DNA of 63,770 nt, filler included, from Ministeria vibrans ATCC 50519 (Eukaryota > Protista > Filasterea), in assembly GCA_943704425.1 (NCBI GenBank). It is 8 parts of 8 records of this genome, joined end to end, with 100 filler letters (N's around TTAATTAATTAA, not from the genome) between each part and the next. Parts side by side here need not be neighbours in the genome. Positions count along the whole stretch, not along the records: positions 35,040 to 46,973 come from CALSCP010000749.1; positions 47,074 to 52,821 come from CALSCP010001192.1; 6 more parts are not named here. One strand, 5' to 3'. The notes under the pieces were generated by a model. It saw nothing but the letters and a program-made list of their open reading frames with translations. It was not told where the DNA came from and made no database searches. This document shows positions 36,547-48,768 of this stretch, one piece after another (position 1 is the stretch's first letter; each line of letters begins with the position of its first letter). The translations under genes were made by a program, and so were the position numbers.

Positions 36547-38198
36547 CTATTTTTGCGGAGTGGATATCTTCTTTGAGAGGTCGCGGGCAATGGACTGCAT
36601 TGCGTGAAGGGAGAAAGAGGGATTGAAGAGAAGGAAGAAGATATGGGAGTGTGAACGAAGGGCGTAGAGACGGAGGGGGGGTGGAGAGAGTGTGTGAAAG
36701 GACTCGCGCGGGAAGTGAGAGAGAGGGGAAGGAGCGGAAGGATCGGAGGAGGAGAGATGAGTGAGAGGGTCGGGGGGGAGAAAAAAGGAGGAGGAGACGG
36801 AGTGAAGGAATGGGAGGAGTACGGAGGTGGTGGAGGAGCGCGTTGGGAGGGAGAGGGACGGGTTGAAGAGGGAGAATGTGCGCCGCTGCAACGACTGCTG
36901 ATCGATCACAATTGCACTAAAACGTAAAACGTAGAATAAGAATATGTAGTGTGCGTTCGAGTGAGTTGATTTGAATTCTATGCTTGGTAGGTACAGTTGA
37001 ATTGAATGGTCGAGGGTGAAATTGCTGAGTGGGGAGTGAGGAAGGAAACTCAAAGCACTGTGGATTGCTGTTTGAGTCTGCTCCCATAAATGAGGAAGCT
37101 ATATAAAAAAAGAACGCACGCACACATACACACGTATAGAGTGGGGATTAATTCTTATTGACATTCCCTGATCATTCTTATTACCGCTTCGGTGACTTGT
37201 GCGGTTGTCGTGTCTTCACCCAACACAAAGGCATATTCTACATTGGCTGAAGGTGACACACACACAAACCGATGGGCCACCTGCACAGGAGAGAGAAAGG
37301 AGGGGAAAAAAAACAAAGAGAGAGTGGGAGACAGGGTGTGTCAGTGTGTGGTGTTGTCTCTGTCATTTGCACACTTACGTCTGGGCTGGAAAGGGGAAGG
37401 TAAATTGGAATTTCGTGGAGTGAGGCACCTGTGTTGGCTGCAGCAAAGGAGTGTAGCAAGGCAGAGAGTAGAAGGACTTCAGTGGGCTCAAGTTGCCACC
37501 AGCGGTCGGTGGCGGACGCAATGCGGCCGCGGAGCAGCAGGACGGCGTAGTCAGTGCCAAGCGCAGCCGCGCTCTGGCTGAGACGCTCGTGTGTGTTGCT
37601 CTTTGGCAGGTCTAATGCGTCGACTGCGCCCGTTGCCATGCCAAGAAGCCCTTCGGACAACGCACGGGTATCCAGAGAAAGAACACGATCGAGCAGAGGG
37701 ACACACGCGCGCAAGTCGCGTTTGAGACGTTGCGTCTGGAAGGTTGACGCACCGGTCGCGCTTGATGTGAGTGTTCTCTGGCCCAGCACCAGAACAATGG
37801 CGTGCCACACAAGCGATAGTAACCGTCGCGCACGCTCTCGACTGAGAGCAGTGTCGACCGGAGAGACGAGTGCCATGACAAGACTAAGGCAAGTGCGTCT
37901 GTTTCAGCTCAACACATATGTCTCGCGTTTTTCACCTGTTGTGAAATGATGACCACACCACTTGCATGCGTCCGTCGTCGGACGAGTCCGCAGTGAAATC
38001 CTAGCGCACAAGACGGGGCCAAAAGAGTGTGGGCGAAACAAAATATTGGACAGTGAGTGAACGACTCTCTCTTTGCGTCGATCTAATCGAACTTACGTGA
38101 TTCTCAGCAAAGACGAAAACGCCATTGGCAACGCCGATGGTCGGGAAGCTCAGCTGCACACGACATGCAGGGTGACACGAGAGGTGAAGGGAAGACAC

Positions 38199-38229
<31 letters not shown>

Positions 38230-38367
38230 TGACAAAAGGAAAAGGAAAAGTCAAAAAGAAACATTTTTGGGTGTTTTGGACATTACAGCATGACAGTCGC
38301 CATAGCATCTACGTAATAACGGGACTCCCGTTGGTGTTTGCACCAACAGTTGGAGAGGAGTACTCAT
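36547..38367 (-). CDS. FUZ: Fuzzy planar cell polarity / CPLANE ciliogenesis protein
   Basis: GVPLL..., QLSFPTIGVANGVFVF, VVWSSFHNS, QRLKRDLRA, GRIASATDRWWQL, PIYLPLSSPDVAHRF match the recalled Fuzzy longin motifs in order; splicing is consistent. Confidence 0.85.
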
Positions 38368-38639
38368 CTCAAAAAAAATGATCGACTATTGATCGTTAAT
38401 AAAATTACAATAATAATAATATAATTATTATTCTAATTATTATTATTCGTTTATTATATTATTATTGTAAGTTCTTCTTCTAATTATTATTGTAATTATA
38501 AGTCTACGAAGGAAGGCTCAGACGTAAGAATAAATAATAATATTCTTGTAATGAATGAATTGCAAACACAAAAAAAAATTGGTCGATCATTATTTTTTTA
38601 TTGAATGATCGTCTTTATGTATGATACACATTTTGTCGA

Positions 38640-40206
38640 CTAATTTTTAACAATACACTTTGCCGTCCGTCGCGACGCAAGGTAGCGCGGCAACGTGACG
38701 GTCGTCCAGTCGTCGCACCAATGGCCTGACTTGGTTGTGATAATGGCCGCCTGTAGGTCGAGCACGGACATGGCGCCTTCGATGAGGGCTGTCAGCGGGT
38801 TGTGGGGCTCGGGGTTACCCGCATAGTCAGTGTTGTCCCAGTAGCCGGGTGTTTCGGTAGGACTCAGAAAGGTGACGGTACGCTTCATGAGATTCATGTC
38901 AAATTGGCCATAGCGCTCGGTAATAAGCTGGTTAAGGCGGTCGTAACGGAACTGGATGCCTTTGGCGGTCGAGTCAATGGTCGTCTGCCACTTGCCAAAC
39001 TCAAGGAGACGCATCTGCGGTACAATGGCCAGATTGGACGTGAGCACTACGTCGGGAAAGGACTCGCGCTGAGGGGGGAAGTAGTTGGATCCAATGCTTT
39101 GCAGCGCATCGTGTTCAATAGTCCAATTGGCAAAGACCATTCCGACGGGATCGACAAACGACGAGGCATTATAGAGCGCAGAAAGATTGGCAGACGCAAA
39201 GAGTTGAGCATTGACGGCAAGGACATCTTCAGGGTACACATAGTCCATGTTGCGCACGTAGACACCATGTTCGTAGTGTGGCGTGTCGTGCGGAGCTTTG
39301 AGTGTGCGCACCGCGGCAAGGGCATTGGTAGGTGTGGCCTCTTGGGAGCGCAGAAGCAAGGAGCTGTTGGTATACATGGCCGTCTCGGCGACTGAGCCAT
39401 CACCACAGGCATCGCCGATGGTGTACAGAAAAGAGGTGCCGCGAGGTGCGTCAATGAGCATGCGCAGCGCCTCGTCGCGTGTGGTTGCATAGTCGCTAAT
39501 GTTGCGCAGGAGGAGCACTGTGTTGACACCGGGGGCGGATACGTTGACGGCAAAGGTGCGCAACAGATCCATTGCCAGGCCCAGACCCGCCTCGTTGAGG
39601 ATGGTGATGCCTCCGATCATGCCGGGCGAGCCAGCCGCCGTGAATGCATTGCGACCGTCCGTGGGCACGAACACCGACTGGTCGTTGAGAAACTGGTACA
39701 CCAGTCCGTCGGGCAGCTCAAAGGAGCGCCCAATAAAGGGACGGCCCGACTTGGTCGCATTGCCACTGACAACGAATGCTTCGCACAGCATGGGTACGCG
39801 GAAGAGACGCTGCCACGGCTGTGCCAGTACCGGCTTGAGACCTTGGTAGCCGCCGGCAGCGGCAAGGAGCGCGCGTGCCTCAGGAGTGTGCTCGCTCGCT
39901 GGCCGTTGTGCCCAGCGTGTCAGTGAGGGTATCAGCTCGCCGGCGTACAAATGGGTCGTCAGAAAATCCATGCAATAGTTGAAGCCAATGATCTTATCGG
40001 TGGTCACCACCGTATTGGGGTTCGCTGCGTAGCAGCCGGCCGCCATCCCTTTCATCTCCGTCACCAGATCGGCTGGAAAAATGCCCGAGGGCATTTGTCG
40101 TTGAAAATCCTCCACGCTCCCTGTCGTGAGTAGCTCGTACATGAACGACAACACTGCCTGGTACGCAGCCCCCTGTGTTCCATTCAAGCTGCTCATATGC
40201 TGATAT

Positions 40207-40246
<40 letters not shown>

Positions 40247-40910
40247 GTCATAATAATAATATTAATTTTCGTCGACCGTTTTTATTTCGAGTCCTCTCAC
40301 CTGATCCCAGGCATCGCCAATGAGAAACTGGACGGTCAAATGCTTCACATAGGTAGTCACCATCTGTGCGGTGGCATTCTCCGTCAGATAGCCCGACAGG
40401 AAGCCCATGTCGAAGGCATCTCCTTCGACATAGCGCATCGTCTACGAAAAATGTCACCGTATGAGCAACGGAGAGCTTATCCGCGGTGCGCGTGCGCATG
40501 AAAGGGCGCCGACGCCACCTGGAAGGGTGCAAGCAGGCAGTCGTGCGAAACAATGACGAGTTCAATGTCGATGACAGTTGCGAAGTTCACAAAAAACGGA
40601 AGGGTTCGAGTGGACTGAGTGGTCTGTGGGACGTCGCACGGCCGCATTGGTTGCTCACCTTGTACATGCCGTCCGATGCCCAGATGGACGCGGTCTTGGA
40701 ACGCACGAGAAAGCCGCGATGGCCGTTGGGAAGCGTGTGCGACTTGACGACTTGATAGCCATCGGCATCAAACGCAGCGAGCAGTTGCTCCGTCGACAGA
40801 AGCGTCCGATTGGCCTTGTTTGGGAACAGCGAGTGTGGTGCGAGACGGTGGTGCGTAGGCAGTGCCGATGCAGTTGCGATCAACGCAATGACGAGCGTAA
40901 AGGTAATCAT
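38640..40910 (-). CDS. Secreted Ntn-hydrolase, peptidase C45 (acyl-CoA:6-APA acyltransferase)-like
   Basis: Signal peptide; GDAFDMGFLSG; EMKGMAAG; likely nucleophile Cys in MLC-EAFVVSGNATKSGRPFIGRSFE; PGMIGGITILNEAGL. Confidence 0.7.
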
Positions 40911-41175
40911 GAGTAAAAAATAAAAATTAATCTGTTCGTCGACGAGTGAATTTTATGATCTAAAAAAAGGAGAGGGAGAGTGTGAGAATCCATGAGCGCA
41001 TTTGCGATTCGCGTCATCCTTTGACCTTTATAAAGTATCTCAACTCATTTACGTTGAACGCTTGAAGGGTTGTGTGAGGTCAGTCTGTGGCGAAAGAAGC
41101 TGAAACATCGGTTTTCAACATAACTTAACTTAAGTGATACACACTGATAAGAGACTTTATACTTTATAGTTTTTC

Positions 41176-44100
41176 ATGAGGTTGCTTGTGGCACTTCTCG
41201 TCACAGTGTCGACCTTAGTGTTGCCGACCGTAATAGGTACAGATGCCGTTGTGCACAGATGACCGTTACGATCTAAGTGTCTCGCTCACTCACTCACTCA
41301 CGCTCTCTCTCTCTCTCTCACTCCGGCTCCTCCTCGACTCTGCGCGCCAGGTCAATCGTCAAGCTGCCAGACCTTCACCACATGCAGCGAATGCACCACG
41401 CAGGCCAGCGCCCAATCGTGTGCGTGGTGCACTAAGTAAGACATCTCTTTGTTTCGTTTTGCCTTTTTTTGGACATCTCTCTCTCAATTTTACGTTTGAC
41501 CCCTTCGACGTTGCTCTGCTTTGCTAAACTCCCTTTCCCCTTTTCCCGCTCCGCTCTCCCACGCCTCGCCAGTCTGGCGAATGGCGCGAAATTCGTTTTA
41601 GCATTAAAAAAAAACACTGACGTCTCGTCACTCTCCTCTCTCTACTCTCCCCTGCGCTCTCTGACCCCCCGTCCCCCTGCCGAACCCCCTCCGCTCCATC
41701 TTCACTGCCCCTCCCGCCCACAAGCACTCCCTGGCGCGTCGCAAACCGCTCGTTTTGGCGGGAGAGCAACACAGAGTTCTCCTTTTTTGTGCTGTGGGTT
41801 CTGCCAAACCACCTCTTATTGCGCCACTCTCCTGCCGTACAAGGAGTGCCCGCTGGCCATTGCGCGTGGCTCACTACTGCGAGCCTTGTTGTTAACGAGT
41901 CTATATAAGTAATATTATTTATATTGTATTGTGTTGTATTGTGTTCTCTAGTGTGTGTGTCGACAACACCGGCGATGCATTCAACACGACCGTGTGTCCC
42001 CAAGCATTCATTTTCCCACAGTCTTTGGTGGAGAACGTTACCAACACGGGAGGCTCGGTGAACCCGACGTCACAAGTGCTGCGACTGCGCACCGGTGAAC
42101 AGTACACTCTCTTGTACAACGTCACTCGCGCACCCGACTACCCCATTGATTTGTACCTCGTCATGGATTTGTCTTACTCGATGCGTGACGATCTTGCCAA
42201 TCTTAAGACGACGGCCATCAGCATGGCCGACAAGCTGGCGGAGCTTACCAACGACTACAAGATTGGCTTCGGGTCGTTTGTCGAAAAGTCGCAGACACCC
42301 TTTACCAATCCCGAGTACCTCTTTGGCGACGACCCTTGCAAATCGCCCAGCTGGGGCTTTCGCAACGACAAACTGTTGCAGGCGGACAAGGCGGTGTTTT
42401 CGACGGCCATCAACGCGGCGTGCATCTCGGGCAACCGCGACACGCCCGAACAGCCTCTTGACGGTGCCATGCAGGCGGTCGTGTGCACCGACATGATTGG
42501 CTGGGGCGAGGGCCGTCGTCACATCATGCTCCTCATCACCGACGCCGATTTTCACTACAACGGCGACTCGTTTATTCAGGGTGTCTACCAGAAGAACGAT
42601 GGCCAGTGCCACATGACAAGCACCGTCGACTTTCCCGACGGCTACTACGATCGCGAAGTCGGCGGCGGCCTCTACTACCTCGCTCCGTCCATCACCCAGT
42701 TTCACCGCGCCCTCCTCGAACACGATGTCATTCCTCTTATTGCCGCTACCAGCGGCTCGCGCTCCAATTACGATCAGGTCATCAGCACCATTGGCTTTGG
42801 CGGAGTGGGCACGCTCAGCAGCGACTCGAGCAACGTTGTTTCGTTGTTGGAGGAGCAATACGAGCTCATCTCGGAGACGGTGACTCTCTCGGTCACGAAC
42901 GACCCGGACGACCTGGTGCAGACCATTGTGACCCATTGTCCGGGTACCACCTGTTCGTCATCGAAAACCCACTCGGACGTGCAGCCGGGCGACTCGGTCT
43001 TTTTCAATGTGACCGTCCAGTCAAACAGCTGTCTGCCCGGCGGCTCAGACATTACTCTCTCCGCCACCGGCTTTGGCTCTGTGACACTCACGGTTGTCAT
43101 GGACTGCGAGTGCTCCTGCAACGACACCAACATTGTCAATGTGACGTGCAGTGGACATGGCACAGAGGTGTGCGGTCTCTGCGAGTGCGACGGTGACTAC
43201 TTTGGTCCCAGCTGTGAGTGTGACGACGTTAGCAGTTTGGTCCTCAGCTGTCCCGAAGAAGACGGCCAAGAGTGCAGCGGTCGCGGTTCTTGCTTTTGCG
43301 GCTCCTGCGAGTGCTCTCAGTCCCCCATTCCCTACGATGGTACAATTTGTTTTTGTATTATTATTTTTCACAGATAACCGTTGCTTATTATCGTCACTAA
43401 ATTGTATAGGTAATGCGTGTCAGTGCGTGACAGCGCTGTGTCCCACTAATGGCGGGCAAGCGTGTTCAGGACACGGACAGTGTGCGTGTGACGGGACATG
43501 CTCGACGTGTGACTCGGGCTGGGACCATCCTGATGGCGGACCCAATGACTGCTCGTGCAACCTGAGCCCCACTGCATGTCCTTTAGATAGCTCCGGTCAG
43601 CCCTGTCGCGGTGTTGGCACCTGTGTGTGTGGTGAGTGTGAGTGTCAGACTGGCTTCTCGGGCTCCGAATGTCAAAACTGCGATGAGCTCATTGTGGCCG
43701 AGTGTCCCGTGGCCAACCAAGCGGTGTGCCAGGCGGTATCGTCGTGTTCGGCGTGCGTGCTCGCCGAGAACAACGACATGGAATCAAACATTTGCGTGTG
43801 GTGCGAGAGCACTGGCACCTGTGTTGCTGTGGCTGAGTCTGCAGCGCAAACGTGCACAGGGGGCGCCAAAAACTCCACTGCAGACTGTCCCACGATCACA
43901 TCCAAGTCTAGTGTGCCTGCCATTGCCGGTGGCGCAGTTGGTGCCGCCGCCATTGGCATCCTTGCCATTCTTCTTTGGAAGTGTTTTCAAGTACGAAATG
44001 ATAAGAGGATAGAGAGAGAAAGAGAGAGAAATGGCGCAAGTGAGCAAATGTGCAGTGAGTCGTCATGAGTCATTAACACATTTGTGTCTCTTTAGATGCG

Positions 44101-44427
44101 GTCCGACAAGAAGGCCTGGCAGCAATGGGAGGAAAAGCGTCGAGCCGCGAAGTGGAAGCAGGGGGAGAACCCTCTCTTCCAGTCCTCCGTCAAGGAATTC
44201 GACAATCCCGTAATTATTATCGCTTTTTCTCCATCACTTTGTTCTTTCTCCTCTATCTTTTTCCTTCTGTCTATCATTTCGTTTCTTTCTCCCTCCTCTC
44301 CCTCTATTACTTTGTTTCCTTCCCCCTCCTCTCTCTCTCTCTCTTTCACTTTGTTTCTTTTTCCCTCCTTTCTGTCACTTTGTTTCTTCTTCCCTCCTTT
44401 CTCTCTGTCACTCTGTTTCTTTCTCCC

Positions 44428-44521
<94 letters not shown>

Positions 44522-44612
44522 CTCCTTTTCCTCTCTTGGTTACTTTTCTCACTTTTGTTTTGTGTGATGTGTTTAGACATACGTTCCGGGTAAAAACGAC
44601 ACAGAATTATGA
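41176..44612 (+). CDS. ITGB: Integrin beta subunit, 6 exons
   Basis: Exons 41176-41236, 41351-41435 (PSI: CQTFTTCSEC..CAWC), 41952-43339, 43410-43990, 44096-44209, 44577-44612. YPIDLYLVMDLSYSMRDDL (MIDAS/ADMIDAS), GFGSFVEK, ISGNRDTPE, four I-EGF-like repeats, TM ending LLWK, tail with NPLF and NPTY. Confidence 0.96.
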
Positions 44613-44721
44613 TCCCCTTCTCATTGAAATTAATGCACATTATATTATTATCCTCTTTTTTAAAAAAAAAACTCTAAACTAAGGTAATAGCAATGATGTT
44701 ACAGTGATACACAGTATAGTG

Positions 44722-45005
44722 TTACAGCGAATCCTTGTTCGCACTTGATTGTGACTTGAGTGCAGCAACAAGTGACTCGCTGACATACTCTGCGATTTCT
44801 GTGTCGGAAGGGCGTGTGATGGAGCACCAGGCATCGTCTGAGTCGGCCACTGTGCGACAGACGGGACACGTGTGGCTTGTGACGTTCCATTGTTTTATGC
44901 AGCTGAAGCAGAATGAGTGGGTGCAGGGAAGAATACTGTCCGAACTATACACAAAGGGTCAGCTCCACTATCATGTTCCTTCTCCTTTCCCTTTCCCTTT
45001 CTCTC

Positions 45006-45042
<37 letters not shown>

Positions 45043-45123
45043 CATCATGTGCGTAGTGTCGTAGTTCATCACTGAGTTGTCCAGATAGTACCGTTTGAAG
45101 TAGGTAAGGGCACACGTCTGCAA

Positions 45124-45164
<41 letters not shown>

Positions 45165-45780
45165 AACTCTCTCTCTCTCTTGAACTCTCTCTCTTGAACT
45201 CTCTCTCTCTCTTGAACTCTCTCTCTTGAACTCTCCTCCTCCTCTCTCTCTCTTCTTCTTCTTCTTCTTCTTCTTCTTCTTCTTCTTCTTCTTCTTCTTC
45301 TTCTTCTTCTTCTTCTTCTTCTTCTTCTTCTTCTTCTTCGTTGTTGGAGTGCGTACCGTTCTGTCATGCATATGATGCATTCGCCGTCGTCTGAGTTGGT
45401 ACCCGCAGCCGCTGCCGCTGCCTTAGCTAGCGCAATGTCGTCCATGAGACGAGTTGCTGTCAGAGGATCAGTCATGGATGAACTGGAGGCGGACGATGAC
45501 ACTGTTGCCGCCCCGCCCTCCTGTTTAATTGATGATGCGGATGAAGGTGCTGCAGAGGGCGAGGAAGCCCCCAAGGTGCGAATGTGCAGGAAGACGGAGT
45601 AAAACTGTTTCAGGTTGAGCTGCTGCGACGAGACGAGTTCGCCCAACGGATCGAGCTTGTCACACTTGATTTTGACTAATGGGCGCCAGAGTTCGCCAAC
45701 GGAGTCAAAGGTCTCACGGTCAACGATGGAGAAGAGCAGACGGTTGAAACCGCCACAGTCGAAGTTGAGACAACTACACA

Positions 45781-45815
<35 letters not shown>

Positions 45816-46196
45816 TGAGAGAGAGAGAGTGAGAAACACTCAAGTTCAACACACATAGTCGTTCGCGGAGCCGCATTCATACGTATTAACACGCATTTTC
45901 AAGAGAGATTACAGGGTGCAAGCGGTCTGGGGATGGGGCGCGCAGAAGTGCGAAAGAGAGAGAGAGAGTGGGAATTTTTTTGAGACATTACATTGCACAA
46001 AGCTCATCGACATCACTGCGGAACTGGGAGGGAGTCACGGTCACAAGCTAGAAAAAGAATGGGAATGGGGCAAAAGAGGGGAAAGAGCGATGGCGTCAGC
46101 GAGAGAGAGAGAGAGAGAGAGAGGAGAGAGTCGACCAAACGAAAAGCGAACCTTGTACGCAAGTTCTTTCTTTTGAGGGGCTAGCACTTGTCCCAT
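44722..46196 (-). CDS. RNF141: RING finger protein 141
   Basis: MGQ N-terminus (myristoylation-type), LNLKQFYSVF, ECIICM..ILPCTHSFCFSCIKQW..TCPVCR..DDAW..PSDTEIAEYV. Confidence 0.85.
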
Positions 46197-46609
46197 GGCT
46201 GGTACCAACGGAATACAAACACGCGACAGGGCCAGGTAGTACGAAAGAGAGTGGAAGAGAAGTGAAGTTCGAAACTTCGAATTGCCAAAATTAATAAAAA
46301 GAAAGTAAGTTTCACACACACAGTTTTTCTTACAGATCAGTCCACAAAGTATACCCACGAAGTAGCAACCTCACAAACCTGTTCAACTTGTCCAACCACC
46401 ACCACTACACTTTGCTCCGATCCATAAGTCCATATCGATCGGGAAAGTATTACTCTTTGTATATTGTGAACTGCGACTCATTACTATTTTGCCAGGACTT
46501 TATTAGCGTGTGGACTGTGGCGCGTCGTTTAACTCCGCCATAACTCGTTTTTGTTGCATGCGGTTCGCTCGAGTTGGACTTGTTCAAAATTGACAATTGA
46601 AAGTTAAGA

Positions 46610-46973
46610 ATGGACGAGAGTGATTATGAAGATCGACTCAGTGGCCTGGTTGCATCTGCATCGGGCACCTCCGCTGGCTACATGCGTCTTGATGTGTCGG
46701 TAGGATCACATGGAAACCTTTATAATGAATGACACAAACTTGGTTGTCATAGCGACTTGCTTTGCATCGTCTTAATGGTCACTGCATCGCCCGCTTCAGA
46801 CTCCTCCAAGAAGTCAACGTGGCTCACAACAGTCTGACAGAGCTGTCGGCGCTGGGAGCCCTTGTAAACTTGCGTTCACTCGACGCATCACACAATTTAT
46901 TGCGAGAACTCCCACTCTCCGGTCTGTCGGCGCAACTACGACGCGCCTCCTTCGCCCACAACCGCCTTACCAG
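46610..46973 (+). CDS. Leucine-rich repeat protein, 5' fragment (LRRC23/LRGUK-like)
   Basis: SGTSAGYMRLDVS followed by SDS22-like LRRs LQEVNVAHNSLTEL and LRSLDASHNLL; truncated at the spacer. Confidence 0.6.
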
Positions 46974-47073
46974 NNNNNNNNNNNNNNNNNNNNNNNNNNN
47001 NNNNNNNNNNNNNNNNNTTAATTAATTAANNNNNNNNNNNNNNNNNNNNNNNNNNNNNNNNNNNNNNNNNNNN

Positions 47074-48595
47074 GCTCGGCGGTGGCTGTGACGTGCGCCT
47101 GTTCGCACACGACCAACTTTGCCGTGCTCCTGGATCCATCGACAACCGTGTCTCGTTCTACTGCCGCAATGGTCACATCGTACTTCTCCTCTGGCATTGT
47201 TCTTGTGGCCTCGCTTACCGTTGTCATTGTGTTTTTGTTGCTGCCCAAGACATTCCGCACTGCTCCCACCCGCGTGCTCATGTTCATCTGTGGCGTACAG
47301 GCGGTGCAACAGACTGTGTTCATGGTTGATCTGGGAGCTGCGAAGTCATTTGGTGATGCGGCATGCTTTGTGACGGGTCTTCTGTTGCACTACTTCACCC
47401 TGGTTCTGTTCCTTTTGTTTGCATGCTATGGCTATCTGGTCTTTTCAATGCTTGTCAAGATGGACGCACACCTGCGCAAACTAGCGCGTCGTCTCATTCT
47501 ATTTGCTGTGCTTACACCCATTCTGGTGGTGGCCATCTACACGGCCGTTGCTTCAATGCTGGCCGGCAGTGGCCTCACGGCGTACACCAAGAGCGCCAGT
47601 GGCTTTTGCTACCTGTCAAGCAGTGTGGGTGTCTACGCGGCCGTCGTGGCTCCACTGGGCCTTACCATGATCTGGAACCTGACCATTATTTGTCTTATGC
47701 TGCACCGTCTTGTGGACGTCCGTCGTGCTAAGGTCATCAAAGCGAGCAAGCGTGCGCAAAATGCCACTGTCAAGCTGTTTGTGCTTCTCTCGTGCGCACT
47801 AGGCCTATCCTGGCTCATGGGCCTCATTACAGTTGTCTGGGACTCTCCCTTGGCCGACTACCTCTTCTGCCTTGCCAGTGTTGTTCAAGGTACGCAGTCA
47901 CTCAGTTTTACCGTCTTTTATTGACATGACCCACACGCGCACACTTTCTATTCCTATCCCTACCTAGCATGCGTTCTTGTGATTGGCTACTGCGCAACTC
48001 GGCGCGTGCGCCATGCACTCTCGTCGCACTCTACCCGCACGACACAGCCATCCAAGTCCAAGACAACCAAGAGCAAGAGCAAGAGCTCACGTCGCACTCC
48101 CGATGTTCCTACTCACAATGAGGTACACTAGTCCCCCTTCCTCCACTCCACCTCTTTTCCTTACACATGCACAATGCTTTTTAGGCTGACGATGGGGATG
48201 AGTTTGTGATTCCCGAGAGCGGCATTACAATGCTGGACATGGTTGAAAACTACGGCGCAGAGTCGTCACTCGAGCTGACCTCGTCTAAACTCGACTCGCC
48301 CCACACCACTCCAACAGCTCTCCGTCGTTGGTCCAGGGTTGATGTCAAAGACGCGAACAGAGTGCGTCGCCCTTCAGCTGTGTTCACCAGTCATAGCGCG
48401 TCCAAGCTGAATTACGTCTCTCTCGCAGCGCAGTCTCCTCCTCTCTCCCCGCACTCCCTTGTGCGCACTCCGCTCTCCTCGCCCGCTTCATCTCTCCCCA
48501 CCCTCCCCACTCTTCCCGAATCCGTTTACCACAACCAGTGGCTCAACGACGAAGAGGCCGGTGCCTTTGAGGCCTTTTCTTCGATGCACCTGTAA
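47074..48595 (+). CDS. Adhesion-class GPCR, C-terminal part (GPS plus 7TM)
   Basis: CACSHT-TNFAVLLD GPS motif; ACFVTGLLLHYFTL; FCYL; VVAPLG; LGLSW; LASVVQG; Ser/Pro-rich tail. Confidence 0.88.
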
Positions 48596-48768
48596 GTGCC
48601 GCTCGTTCCTTTTGTGTATTTTTCCCCCTGTATTGGGTTTTAAGCCCCCTCTCAAAAACGCATTATAAACAAGTCTTTATATTTATTAAAGTATGATTAT
48701 CACTATCGATTTGTTTGGAATCCATTGGATGTTCCTCCTGTGATTGCATTACTTTTGGTTTGCTTGAT

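Noticed and set aside
45121-45345. Poly-Arg/Lys and ER/LS repeat 'proteins' in the ORF track
   Set aside because: They are translations of intronic (CTT)n and (CT)n microsatellites.
46610-48595. Single LRR-containing adhesion GPCR
   Set aside because: The LRR fragment and the GPS/7TM fragment are separated by the artificial linker, and the LRR part lacks a signal peptide.
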